A DNA stretch of 64,000 nt from Longimicrobiales bacterium (GCA_965218295.1 CBDCKN010000009.1:416001-480000), one strand, 5' to 3'. Positions 12,127 through 22,798 are shown, counted from the first letter of the stretch. Notes: generated from the letters alone by a model not told the origin. Made by a program: numbers and translations.

Positions 12127-13116
12127 ATGAGCTTTCCGAGGCGCCGCCTGCGCCGGCTTCGCCAGAATGAGACCTGGCGGCGAGCGGTGAGGGAGACCTC
12201 ACTGTCAGTGGACGATCTCGTCTATCCCCTCTTCGTCGTGGAGGGAGAGGGCGTAAAGAACCCCGTGGCGAGCATGCCCGCGGTCTTTCAGCTCTCCGTC
12301 GATCTCGTCGTGGAGGAAGCGAGGGAGGTACACGAGCTGGGCATTCCCGCGGTCATCCTCTTCGGCGTTCCCGACGACGAGCACAAGGATGCACAGGGCT
12401 CTGCCGGTTTCGATCCCGAGGGGATCGTTCCCCGGGCCATCGGCGCCATCAAGGACGCCGTGCCCGACCTGCTGGTGTGGGCGGACGTCTGTCTCTGCGA
12501 GTATACCGACCACGGCCACTGCGGCGTGCTCACCGAAGCGGGGGAGGTGGACAACGACTCCTCGCTTCCGCTCCTGACCCGGGCGGCGGTGGCCTACGCC
12601 CAGGCCGGCGCCGACGCGGTGGCCCCCAGCGACATGATGGACGGCCGTGTGGGCGCCATCCGCACCGCCCTCGACGTGGCCGAGCTTCCTGACGTGGTCA
12701 TCGTCTCGTACGCGGCCAAGTACGCGTCAGCGTACTACGGTCCCTTCCGTGATGCGGCCCACTCGGCCCCGTCCTTCGGGGACCGGCGCTCGTATCAGAT
12801 GGATCCGCCCAACGGCGACGAGGCGCTTCGCGAGGTCGAGTTGGACATCGACGAGGGTGCCGACATCGTCATAGTGAAGCCCGCCGGGCCCTACATGGAC
12901 GTGATCTTCCGGGTAAAAGAGGCGTTCGGCGTGCCCACGGCCGCATATCAGGTGTCGGGTGAGTATTCCATCATCAAGGCCGCGGCCGACAAGGGATGGG
13001 TGGACGAGGATCGCATCGTCATAGAGAGTCTCGTGGGGCTCAAGCGGGCCGGCGCCGACCTCATCCTCACCTACTTCGCCAAGGACGCCGCCCGGGCCTT
13101 GAAGGGAGGGGAGTGA
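12127..13116 (+). CDS. hemB: porphobilinogen synthase
   Basis: [32 protein letters not shown]-like motif, [17 protein letters not shown]. Confidence 0.98.
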   Translation: MSFPRRRLRRLRQNETWRRAVRETSLSVDDLVYPLFVVEGEGVKNPVASMPAVFQLSVDLVVEEAREVHELGIPAVILFGVPDDEHKDAQGSAGFDPEGIVPRAIGAIKDAVPDLLVWADVCLCEYTDHGHCGVLTEAGEVDNDSSLPLLTRAAVAYAQAGADAVAPSDMMDGRVGAIRTALDVAELPDVVIVSYAAKYASAYYGPFRDAAHSAPSFGDRRSYQMDPPNGDEALREVELDIDEGADIVIVKPAGPYMDVIFRVKEAFGVPTAAYQVSGEYSIIKAAADKGWVDEDRIVIESLVGLKRAGADLILTYFAKDAARALKGGE

Positions 13117-13117
13117 C

Positions 13118-14215
13118 GTGAGCGATGCCTCAGTGGCCGTAACCCCCGAGACCGAGGCAGGCTCGACGGCGACATCCCCCTTCCTGGCCGCCTGCCGTCG
13201 TGAACCAGTGGAGCACACGCCGGTCTGGATCATGAGGCAGGTGGGACGCTACCTACCGGAGTACCGGAAGATCCGGGCCGACGTGGACTTCCTGACCCTC
13301 ACCAAGACTCCGGATCTGGCGGTCGAGGTGACGCTCCAGCCCATCCGGCGCTTCGGTATGGATGCGGCCATCCTCTTCAGCGACATCATGACCCCAGTGG
13401 AAGGGATGGGGGTCTCGCTGGACTTCGCTCCGGGGCCCGTCCTCGAGCACCCGGTTCGGAGCCTGGCACAGGTGGAGGCGCTCCGGATCCCGGATCCGGA
13501 TGAGAGCGTGCCCTTCGTTCTCGAGACGGTGCGCATCTTGAGTCGGGAGCTTCCCGACTCGGCGCCCCTCATCGGGTTCGCCGGGGCTCCCTTCACGCTC
13601 TTCTGCTACCTGGTCCAGGGACGGGGGTCCAAGACCTTCGCCGAGGCCAAGGGCTTCCTGTTCGCCGAGCCCGAGGCGTCCCGGAAGCTTCTCGAGAAGC
13701 TGGCCGACACCATGATCGGGTACATGGGGGCACAGGTCCGTGCGGGAGCCAAGGCCCTCATGCTCTTCGATTCCTGGGCGGGCCTGCTAGCGCCCGAGGC
13801 GTACAAGGCTTTCGCTTTCCCGGCGGTTCAGCGTGTGATGCAGGCCCTTCGGCCCCTCGACGTGCCGCTCGTCTACTTCCCGAACCAGGGCGCCACGCTG
13901 TTGGAGACTGCCCGCGACTCTGGAGCCGACGTGCTGGGCGTCGACTGGCGGCTACCCCTCTCCCGGGCCCGGGAGATCCTGGGTCCCGACCTGGCCGTGC
14001 AGGGGAATCTGGATCCGGCGGCTCTGTTCGCCTCCCGGGACGAGCTCGGCCGCCAGATCGACCGGGTTCTCGCGGAAGCGGGCTCCGCGCCCGGCCACGT
14101 GTTCAATCTGGGTCACGGGATCGAGCGGACGACGGATCCCGACGCGGTGGCCTTCCTGGTGGACCGGGTCCACGAGGTGTCGAGCCGGGCGCTCAGCGCA
14201 GCAAGGCCCGGATGA
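13118..14215 (+). CDS. hemE: uroporphyrinogen decarboxylase
   Basis: PVWIMRQVGRYLPEY, DAAILFSDI, IGFAGAPFT, QGNLDP, FNLGHG. Confidence 0.97.
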   Translation: MSDASVAVTPETEAGSTATSPFLAACRREPVEHTPVWIMRQVGRYLPEYRKIRADVDFLTLTKTPDLAVEVTLQPIRRFGMDAAILFSDIMTPVEGMGVSLDFAPGPVLEHPVRSLAQVEALRIPDPDESVPFVLETVRILSRELPDSAPLIGFAGAPFTLFCYLVQGRGSKTFAEAKGFLFAEPEASRKLLEKLADTMIGYMGAQVRAGAKALMLFDSWAGLLAPEAYKAFAFPAVQRVMQALRPLDVPLVYFPNQGATLLETARDSGADVLGVDWRLPLSRAREILGPDLAVQGNLDPAALFASRDELGRQIDRVLAEAGSAPGHVFNLGHGIERTTDPDAVAFLVDRVHEVSSRALSAARPG

Positions 14216-14283
14216 CCTCGAGCGACACGCCTGGGTCATTGAGACGCTTGTGGCCCAGCACGACTTAGGCGCATCTTGCGGCC

Positions 14284-16967
14284 ATGTCTGATGCTATCAC
14301 CCGCCTGAACGCTGCCTTAGAAGGCCGCTATGCCATCGAGCGTGAGTTGGGTGAGGGCGGGATGGCCACCGTGTACCTGGCCGAGGACATCAAGCACAAC
14401 CGCAAGGTGGCCCTCAAGGTCTTGAAGCCTGAGTTGGCTGCGGTTGTCGGTGCCGAACGGTTCCTGACCGAGATCAAGGTCACCGCCAACCTGAATCATC
14501 CGCATATCCTGCCTCTCCACGATTCCGGGGAAGCCGACGGCTTCCTGTTCTATGTCATGCCCTATCTGGAAGGGGAGAGCCTTCGGGACCGGATAGACCG
14601 CGAGAAGCAGCTTCCGGTGGATGAGGCCGTGCGGATCGCCACGGCTGTGGCCAACGCCTTGGATCATGCGCATCGTCACAAGGTCATCCACCGGGACATC
14701 AAACCCGCGAACATCCTGCTCCAGGACGGCGAGCCGGTGGTGGCGGACTTCGGGATCGCACTGGCTGTCGGAGCAGCAGGGGGCACCCGACTCACCGAGA
14801 CGGGACTCAGCCTGGGCACACCCTTCTACATGAGCCCGGAGCAGGCGACGGGTGATCAGCCGGTGGGCGCTTCCACCGACACCTACGCCCTGGGGTCCGT
14901 GCTGTACGAGATGCTGGTGGGCGAGCCTCCCTATCCAGGAACGACCGCCCAGGCAGTGCTGGGCAAGATCATCGCGGGTAAGCCCGTCTCGGCCACAGAG
15001 CAACGTCCGGCGATTCCGGCGAACGTGGACGCGGCGCTGCGGAAGGCCCTGGAGAAGATACCGGCGGATCGGTTCACCTCGGCGCAGGACTTCGTGAGGG
15101 CGCTGGGTGATGAGCACTTCCGGTATGGGGAGGCAGTTGCGAGAGTCGATGGTGCGGTCGCGAGTCCGTGGAATCGAGTGGCGATCCTGGGTTGGAGCGC
15201 TGCTGCTGTATTTGCCGTCACCCTCGGTTGGCCGCTCCTCCGTTCCGAGCCTCCCGAGCCTCCTGGGCCGATCACCCGGGTTTCCGTGCTGATGGGAGAA
15301 GATCAGTCCTTTCATTCCAATTTCGGAGTACTCGACCTTTCGACCGATGGATCGCTCATGGTCTACAGAGGTCGAGGTGATGAAGGGCAACCTCAGGTGT
15401 GGGTGAGGCGGTGGGATGCCTTGGAGGCCACTCCGATCCGAAACACGGACGGGGCTTTCAGCCCGACGATTTCTCCTGACGGTCGCGAGGTGGTTTTTGG
15501 AGTGGCTGGCTCGATTCGGGTCGTCCCCCTCCAGGGGGGTATCGCGGACCCTCACCGAGTCAGCCTGGTGCTGCCCAAGCTGGAGTCCGGAGGGTGATTG
15601 GGTCTATTACGTCAACGTGTCGCGAGGACTGAGCCGCGTGCCAGCGAGCGGTGGACCGCCCGAGGTTGTCACCCAGGTGGATAACACAGCCGGAGACGTT
15701 ATCAATTTGTGGGTGGATGTGCTGCCGGGTGGCAGGGGCGTCTTGTACATGGCGGCGGGGGCTGGGAATACCAACCAAAGAATCCAAGCCCTGGACCTGG
15801 AAACCGGCGAGATCAAGGATCTGACACCGGGCCAGACCCCACGGTACAGCCGCGCCACCGGCGATCTGCTCTTCATGGACGCGAACGAGGGCACCCTTTT
15901 GGCCGCCCCCTTCGACGCGAAGAAGCTGGAACTTACGGGCGCGGCGGTGCCAGTGGCGGAAGAAGTGCTGCAACACGCCCAGGCATGGCCGTTCTTCGAC
16001 ATATCCGCATCGGGCAGGCTTGTTTACCGGACAGGTAGGGGAGGGGATCTCGTCACCCCGGTATGGGTGGAGCGTGACGGAACCGTCCGAGAGGTCGATC
16101 CTGGATGGGAGTTTCCCGGCAACTTTGACCTTTCCAGTGTTGCGCTTTCCCCCGACGGCACCCGGCTCGTCACGTCGATCACGGACTCAGACGGGACCAC
16201 AGACCTGTGGGTCAAGCAGCTGGACACCGGCCCTTTGTTCCGCCTCACGTTCGAGGGAACGGAGAACCTCAGGGCTCTGTGGTCGCGGGACGGACAATTC
16301 GTCACGTTCGTGTCGAATCGTGCGGGACAACGGGATCTGTGGAGAAAGAAAGCGGACGGGAGTGGCCCGGCTGAGCTCGTGCTGGACAGGGAGCGGCCTC
16401 TCCAGGAATTCGTCTATTCGCCCGACGGCACCTGGCTGGTCTTTGTGGAATCAGACGGCGGGACCGCCAACTCCGACATCTACGGCATACGCCCCGGGGT
16501 GGACAGCGTAGCGACTCCGTTGGTCACGGAGGGGTCAAGCGCCGATGAGATGTCACTTTCCCCCGACGGTCGCTGGCTCGCCCATACCTGGGTACAGGAC
16601 GGCGATGTTCAGGTGTACGTGCGTCCCTTCCCCGACGTTGATGCGGGCAGGTGGCAGATATCCACGACTAGGGGCGATGAGGACCGTGTGGGCACACAAT
16701 GGTCGAGAGTTGTTCTATCAGGGCACGACGAACGCTGACGAACAAATGGTTGCCGAAATCATCGGAGATCCATCGTTCGCGGTGGGGGAGCAGCGAGTCC
16801 TGTTTCCCTTGGCCACCTACCTAATCGGGAACGGTCACGCGGGATACGACATCAGCCCGGATGACCAGCGATTGGTGATGCTGAAGGCCGTGGGGGGAGA
16901 GGACGACAGGCAATTGATCCTTGTCGATAACTGGTTCGAGGAGTTGAAGGAGCGGGTGGGCAACTAA
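14284..16967 (+). pseudogene. Ser/Thr protein kinase with C-terminal PD40/TolB-like beta-propeller, two frameshifts
   Basis: GEGGMATVY, HRDIKPAN, DFG, GTPFYMSPEQ, then SPDG repeats. Frame changes at the G6 run near 15535 and near 16683 (1-bp insertion relative to the paralog at 58460). Confidence 0.9.
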
Positions 16968-16988
16968 CGGTCTCCCATCAGTCCCATC

Positions 16989-17038
16989 TCTCGGGGCGGT
17001 GAACTGAGGGAGCGGAAGCATGAACAAGCCGTTCTTGC
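16989..17038 (+). repeat. imperfect direct repeat of the integrase 3' end (21887-21938)
   Basis: TCTCGG-GGCGGTGAACTGAGGGAGCGGAAG-CATGAACAAGCCGTTCTTGC versus TCTCGGCGGCGGTGAAGTGAGGGAGCGGAAGGCATGAACAAGCCATTCTTGC. Confidence 0.85.
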
Positions 17039-17076
17039 TTGCGGTCCACATCTTGGTCGCGCACCTATAAAGCGGA

Positions 17077-17366
17077 CCCGGTCAATAGGACGCACGCCAC
17101 CTAGGGCCTGCGCGAGCAGGCCATCGTAGGTGTTCTTCAGATCCTTCAGCATCCCCAAGTCTCCTGCGGCGTGATGTTGAGAAGTGGTTGGATCACGCGA
17201 CCGATCGAAGGCGAGTCTTGTCAGGGACTCGAGCACCTATTCGGGGTTCGGCCTCTGTAGCGTGGCACGTCCCATGATCTCCTGTGCGAGGTGGGGGGCT
17301 CAGTCAGCAGAAGAAGGTCGTCGAACGACATGCGCGACCAGGAGCTCACCCCGTGGATCCTGAACC
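17077..17366 (-). ncRNA. predicted bridge/seek RNA of the IS1111-type element (exact ends unknown)
   Basis: Contains guides matching both target flanks (17331-17340, 17305-17312) around the hairpin 17317-17329, and a donor-matching segment (17233-17240) beside the hairpin 17212-17231. Confidence 0.8.
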
Positions 17367-18386
17367 TCAAGCGACATGGCGCCACGCCTCACCTGTGCGA
17401 AGCATCGCGTGCACCGCACGAGCGAGCTTGCGTGCGGTGGCGATGCGAGCGACACGCCAATCGAGCCGATCCTTGAGCCGGTCGTAGTACTGGCTGAGCC
17501 AGCTATCGGGAGATCGGCCATGATGGATGACGACGGTCTGGACGAAGGCATTACGGAGCCAGCGGTTGGCACCGGCCGGGATCGGCCCGTAGCGGACGGT
17601 CATCCCGGAACGAGAGGAACGAGGAGCGAGTCCTGCATAGCTCACGAGGTGCTTCGGGCCTCGGAAGCGCTCGATCGGCAGGGTCTCGGTGGCGATCAAG
17701 AGGGCGCGGTAGGGTCCGATGCCGGGAACCGTGCGAAGGAGTTCGACGGCCGGGATCTCGCGGCCGACCTCGAGGATGCGACGGTCGAGCGACTTGATCA
17801 TGTCCTTGAGTTCGTCTGCGATGCGCTCATGCGTGCAGATGAGTCGTTGCTGCTCGGGCCCCATGCGGGGCCAGGCGATGGTATGGACCCAGCCACGTCC
17901 CTCGGCGGTGAGCAACCGACCGCGGGGCAGGCAGAAGCCCAGAGAGTGGAGCTCGGCATGAATGCGCGACGCCGAGGAGGTCCGCATCCGGACGAGTCGG
18001 GCCTGGTGCCGGACGAGGGTGGCCTGCTCGCGTTGGCTGATGGGTTTGCAGTAGACCTCAGGGATGAGGCGCACGAGTTGCATGCGAGCGAGCAGCGTGG
18101 CGTCGATCGCATCGTTCTTGTAGTTGGCCTCGGCGATCGCACGCAGCTTCTTCGCGTGGGCGAGCACGAAGCGACAATCCGGTCCGTTGAGCAACTCGTA
18201 TAGCCAGGGCCAGGACGGACTCGTCTCGACGACGACCTCGAGCGGCCGATAGGCATTCAGCAGCTCAACGAGCCGGTCGGACTCGGTGTTGCGGATGCGG
18301 AGCGGCTTTTGGACGAACGCTCCGTCATTGCTCACGATCGCGACGACGAGGTACGTTGCGTGAGCATCGATTCCTGCGACATACAT
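17367..18386 (-). CDS. IS110-family DEDD recombinase/transposase
   Basis: GID, VVET, KNDAIDA (DEDD); TVPGIGP; YAGLAPRSSRSG (catalytic Ser region). Confidence 0.95.
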   Translation of the reverse strand: MYVAGIDAHATYLVVAIVSNDGAFVQKPLRIRNTESDRLVELLNAYRPLEVVVETSPSWPWLYELLNGPDCRFVLAHAKKLRAIAEANYKNDAIDATLLARMQLVRLIPEVYCKPISQREQATLVRHQARLVRMRTSSASRIHAELHSLGFCLPRGRLLTAEGRGWVHTIAWPRMGPEQQRLICTHERIADELKDMIKSLDRRILEVGREIPAVELLRTVPGIGPYRALLIATETLPIERFRGPKHLVSYAGLAPRSSRSGMTVRYGPIPAGANRWLRNAFVQTVVIHHGRSPDSWLSQYYDRLKDRLDWRVARIATARKLARAVHAMLRTGEAWRHVA

Positions 18387-18990
18387 GATGGCCTCCTGGT
18401 GGTTGGCAGCCGCAGGTTACTTGGGGAAGTGCCAGCGTAGTGCGCCGGCCGTTGGGAGGCCATCCGCTTTATAAGGTCAGCAGAATCGTGAGACGGTACT
18501 GACTGGCGCGAGTTCTATACATGTGCGTATTGGCCGCACGGAATACGAGTGGAATAGGAGGCCGGACATGAAGGATGTGGCGTTCGGACTAGTGGGCGGT
18601 GCCGTGGGTGCCTTTGTCTGGGCCGCGGTAGTATATGTGACCGAATACGAAATCGGCTGGATCGCCTTGGGAGTCGGCGGGCTTGTGGGTTTCTGCGTAG
18701 CTCTCGGTAACAAGGATCGCGGCAGATCTCCGACGGCTGCTGGCACTCTCGCCGTTGTAATCACAGCCCTCTCCATTGTGGCGGGCAAGTACGCCGCTGT
18801 CGAAATGCTCATGCCGAGCGACGCCGAGCTGGTCGGGATGTTCACAGAGCGCTTCGACGACGAAGAGTATGTCGTCTCGTTCCTCGCAGACGACGTTGCC
18901 GGCGAGTTCCGATCAGCCGGCCGTGAGATGGTCTGGCCGCAGGGGGTCGATCCGGCCAACGCGTCAAGTCAGTCGGACTATCCCCCCGCG

Positions 18991-20221
18991 TGTACAGAGA
19001 TGGTAATGACCTGACAGTTGGCCCTCGCCGGAGCTGTGTCTAGGCTGCCTTCGTCTTAGCCTCCTCCTTCCTGGCCTTTGCGGCCTTCCTGGCGTCGGTG
19101 AGACCGGCCTTGAAGACCTGATAGGGCGTGCGGCCCTCCATGGCTCGACCGCGGTGCGGCCGCTTCCGGTTGTAGGTCTCCAGATACGCCTCGAGGTCCT
19201 GCTGCATCTCCTCGACGGTCTCGTACCAGGTGGTGCGGCCCTTCACCCTCAAGTGCTCGTCGAGGAGCGTGCGGTGGAAGCGCTCGATGAAGCCGTTGGA
19301 CTGGGGCCTGCCCACCTTCGTCGTGCGGTGCTCGATGTCCTCGAGCTGAAGGAACAGCTCATATGGGTGACGGTCCGGACGGCCGCAGAACTCGCGGCCG
19401 TTGTCGCTGAGCACGGTCTTCACCCGGACCCGGTGCTCATCGAAGAACGGCAACACGTCGTTATTCATCACCTGCACCGCCGTGAGCGGGAGCTTGCTCG
19501 TGTAGAGCCGGCCCCAGGCGTAGCGGCTGAAGCAATCGAGCACGGTCTGCAGGTACACCTTGCCGACCCCCTTCAGCGTTCCGACGAAGAACGTGTCCAC
19601 GGCGACGAGGTCGCCCGGGTAATGGACTTCGATGTGGCGCTCCCGGAACTCGGGACTGAAGCGCTCCAGCAGCTCGATCTGCTCGTCGGTCAGCTTCAGC
19701 TTCCGTTCCCTGGCCGTCTCTTCGAGCCTGAGCAGCCGTTCGTGCTTCGTGGTGAGGCCATGCCGGCTCCACACGCCCCGTACGCCTCCTGAGCTCACCT
19801 GGATCCCTCCGAGCAGCAACTCGTCCGCGACCCGCTGAGCTCCGTGCGTCGGAGCCTCCAAGGCGTGGGCCAAGACCGCCTGCTCAATCTCTTCACTCAC
19901 CCGGTTCGGGTGCGGTCCCTTCGGCCCCGGAAGCTGGTCGATCAGCCCCTCGGCCCCGTAAAGCTGGAAGTTCCTCCTGATCTCGTAGAACTGCTGCCGG
20001 CTGTAGCCCACGATCTTGCACGCCTTGCTCACGTTGCCGAGCTCCTGGGCCAACTGTAGCAGGCTCAGCTTGCGGCGCGCTATCTTCTCCCCCTGGACGG
20101 TGGTCATCTTCTCTCCCGTGCTAAGTGAGTGACTTCGACATCTCTCAATTAGCTCCGGCGAGGGCGGCTGGCCACCGTCCTCTCTCGTGGTCAACTGTCA
20201 GGTGAATACCGTCTCAGCACA
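18991..20221 (-). mobile_element. IS481-family element
   Basis: TGT...ACA ends, about 30-bp imperfect terminal repeats, flanking duplication CCCCGCG. Confidence 0.93.
19040..20107 (-). CDS. IS481-family DDE transposase
   Basis: LGNVSKACKIVGYSR HTH; VAVDTF, SDNGREF, PQSNGFIERFHRT. Confidence 0.95.
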   Translation of the reverse strand: MTTVQGEKIARRKLSLLQLAQELGNVSKACKIVGYSRQQFYEIRRNFQLYGAEGLIDQLPGPKGPHPNRVSEEIEQAVLAHALEAPTHGAQRVADELLLGGIQVSSGGVRGVWSRHGLTTKHERLLRLEETARERKLKLTDEQIELLERFSPEFRERHIEVHYPGDLVAVDTFFVGTLKGVGKVYLQTVLDCFSRYAWGRLYTSKLPLTAVQVMNNDVLPFFDEHRVRVKTVLSDNGREFCGRPDRHPYELFLQLEDIEHRTTKVGRPQSNGFIERFHRTLLDEHLRVKGRTTWYETVEEMQQDLEAYLETYNRKRPHRGRAMEGRTPYQVFKAGLTDARKAAKARKEEAKTKAA

Positions 20222-21029
20222 CCCCGCGGTATGGGCCGAGGCGGGTCGACGCTGGACCGAATGGAGCGATGACGAGCGCGCTACGTTCCGCCGGGAAAGG
20301 GAGGCGGAAACACGAGCGAACGTCGAAGCGAGCCTGCCAGAGCTCCGGGCAGCGATCTCCCAGGGGGGGTTTCTCGGAAGCTTCGCCCCAATGGACTTCA
20401 TCTTCTTTGGGCTCGCAATGGTGACCGCCTTCGGACTGGGCTCGGGCAGGAAGACAGCGGAGGAGGTGACGGCGGAGTTCGAACAGGCCATCAGGCTTGC
20501 CATGATGAGAATGATGCTGGCGGATGGCAGCGTTGGTGACGATGAGGTGTCGACGATCGCCGCGGTGTATCAGCAATTGACGGGTGTTGAACTTGCGGAA
20601 GACGCGATTCGAGCTGAGGCGGCGGTCGCACAGTCAGACGGGGCGGACCTCCTAGCCTCCCTCACTGCATTGTCGCCTCATCTCAACGATGAAGGGAAGG
20701 AGATTGTCGTCAAGGCGGCGCTCATGGTGGCGCTTGCGGACGGTGCTGTGGCCGAAGAGGAGAAGATCCTCGTCGGGGAGATCTCCGCGGCCGTCGGGAT
20801 GTCCGAAACCCATCTGCAGGGCACGATCGCGCAGTTCACCAGCCCCACCTAGTCGCGACGGGACCTCCGATGGACTTCGTCGTTGCCGCCGCCAGCGCCC
20901 AAGGACGGTCGGAGAGCGACAATCGGTCGGTGGGGATGGGCGCACCGATCTATTGGGTGGTAGTGGGCCGGAAACTAGGTGGCGAAACCGCCTAGCTGAC
21001 AATTCCTCCTCCCGCCAATCAGGCTCATT

Positions 21030-21076
21030 CAGCCATCGCCCAACCTCAGCATCACCCATAGCTTGAGCGCACGGGC
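21030..21076 (+). repeat. 47-bp repeat shared with 63272-63318
   Basis: CAGCCATCGCCCAACCTCA(G/T)CATCACCCATAGCTTGAGCGCA(C/T)GGGC, two mismatches. Confidence 0.85.
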
Positions 21077-21284
21077 GTAGCTTTGGGTTTGGCTTCACGG
21101 TCCACGAGCAAAGATCAACTAGGGAGTGAAGGCGATCAGGAGGACCCAAAACAGCAGTTGGATAAAGAACGCCCACACTCCCATCGTCCGTCCCATCTCA
21201 AGGCGATACTCCCTCATCTCCAGCTTGTCGATCCTGTCTCTGTAGATAAGTTCCAACCTGTCTATTTCTTCCATCCCCCACCGT

Positions 21285-21923
21285 ATGTCGATGGTGGCCT
21301 GGAGATCGTCCTCCCAGTATCGCTCCGGTGTCACGACCAGGGCGGTCTCGGATCGGCTCGCGATGGAGATGCGGGTGAACAGCAAGAGGGAAGGCCAGCG
21401 CAGCTACCTTTCTGAGATCCTCGACATCATCAATGGCACAGGCCGCCGGATCTCAGCGGTGTGTTCCCTCACATTTGATGATCTAAAGCTGCATGAGGGC
21501 CCCTACGGCTTGATTTGCTGGCCTGCCGACACGGACAAGATGGGCCACGAATCCACGGTGCCTATTTCGCCACCCGTAAGGGCCGCTCTCGACAGAATCC
21601 TCGCAGAGCGGCCAGGCATCGGGGCAGCGCCCTTGTTTCCCTCGCCAGGCGATCCCACAAAGCCCATGACGCGCCACCTTGCAGACAAGTGGCTGCGGAA
21701 GGCGGAGAGGCTTGCGGGGCTGGAGCCGCTCAAGGGGAGCCTGTGGCATGCGTACCGGCGGAAGTGGGGCTCGGAGCGCAAGCACATGCCCGATGTTGAC
21801 GTAGCTGCGGCGGGCGGCTGGAAGGACACCGTAAGCCTCAAACGCGCCTACCAGCAGGCCGATGCCGATACTATCTTATCTGTCGTTCTCGGCGGCGGTG
21901 AAGTGAGGGAGCGGAAGGCATGA
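21285..21923 (+). pseudogene. tyrosine recombinase/integrase, catalytic C-terminal part only
   Basis: TGRRIS (R), DKMG (K), WHAYRR (HxxR), GGW, RAYQ (Y); no N-terminal binding domains; ends just before tRNA-Ile. Confidence 0.8.
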
Positions 21924-21974
21924 ACAAGCCATTCTTGCACACAACATTGCACACCGCAGCCAAAAGTTGTTGCA

Positions 21975-22048
<74 letters not shown>

Positions 22049-22057
22049 TTGATGTAA

Positions 22058-22097
22058 GACGAAGCCCTGACACCAGTTGTGGTGCCGGGGCTTCGTC
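22058..22097 (+). terminator. hairpin downstream of tRNA-Ile
   Basis: GACGAAGCCCTGACACCA-GTTG-TGGTGCCGGGGCTTCGTC. Confidence 0.65.
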
Positions 22098-22177
22098 GCG
22101 TCTTCTGGCGGTGTGTCCCGATTGTGTCCCACTCAACCACCGTTGACGGCTACGAGGACTCCCACTGGGTCGGCCTT

Positions 22178-22294
22178 CCCTCTCTGCCAACTTAGGTGAG
22201 ACACGGAACGAGTAAAGAATTAGAGTAGGGCGAAGGCAGAGAAACCGAGGATGCTGAGACACCGAGAGAGAATGAAAGAGAATGGAATAGCCCC
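22178..22294 (+). mobile_element. isolated left end of the IS3-family element (diverged isoform)
   Basis: Matches the first ~117 bp of the copies at 56789 and 63538, then homology stops. Confidence 0.88.
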
Positions 22295-22583
22295 GATCGG
22301 GCATGTACTCGTGGGATCTCGATTTCGTAGCTCCACCTCAAGCATCCACCAGCCTAAAGATTCTTCAACGGGCCGCGCTAGTTCTATTCATTACATTGGT
22401 CCTCGCAAATTTTCGGGATTTTGAATCTTCGGTTGGAAGCCAGGGGTTGCTGAAGGTGCTTGTAGCCCTGTTCAGGTCCCCCCCTGAGATTTCATTGGAG
22501 GTCCTCCGATACCGAAACTACCTTTGAAGTAGTGCTTCCACCGTTCCTTGGGTGGTCTGTTCCCCGAGATAGGCTTGCAGATT

Positions 22584-22798
22584 ATGCGCACGACACTCCA
22601 ACGCCATGCCATTGGGCTAGCCCTGGCGCTTCCCTTCTTCCTGCTCTCCACTCAGGACGCTGAAGGCCAGCGCCGAGGCAAGAAGGCAAAGGAAGAGGCG
22701 AAGGTCACCGCCGAGATCACGGCGGAGTTCACGCTGACGATTGGCGTCCGTGAGCAGATCCGCGAGTACTACACGGCCAATCCGCAGCCCGAGCTGGA
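22584..22798 (+). pseudogene. 5' fragment of a secreted protein truncated by the IS3 element
   Basis: Signal peptide MRTTLQRHAIGLALALPFFLLSTQDAEG; reading frame runs into the IS end. Confidence 0.55.

Larger units (their letters stand above)
17064..18479 (-). mobile_element. IS110-family element, IS1111 type
   Basis: Sub-terminal inverted repeats TATAAAGCGGA (17066-17076) and TCCGCTTTATA (18463-18473); CA core at 17062-63 and 18478-79; long non-coding region downstream of the transposase. Confidence 0.9.
18568..20852 (+). pseudogene. membrane protein with C-terminal TerB-like domain, interrupted by IS481
   Basis: Removing 18991-20228 restores the frame ...DYPPA|VWAEAGRRW. Paired 'MMLADGSVGDDE' and 'VALADGAVAEEE' TerB-like motifs. 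Confidence 0.8.

Noticed and set aside
15530..15545. Programmed frameshift or phase variation at the G6 run in the kinase gene
   Set aside because: The run is short and the window has many unrelated indels; sequencing error or decay is more likely.
14317..15555. Long antisense ORFs (also 44357-45574, 4887-5669, 32491-33390 and others)
   Set aside because: Shadow frames of real GC-rich genes, with no motifs.
17062..17090. Circle-junction promoter for the IS1111 element (TTGACC in one end, TATAAA in the other)
   Set aside because: Spacing across the reconstructed junction is 22 bp, too long for a standard sigma-70 promoter.
21119..21385. 88-aa minus-strand ORF with a C-terminal TM helix
   Set aside because: Overlaps the integrase remnant and has no recognisable family; it may be a real fragment but cannot be supported.
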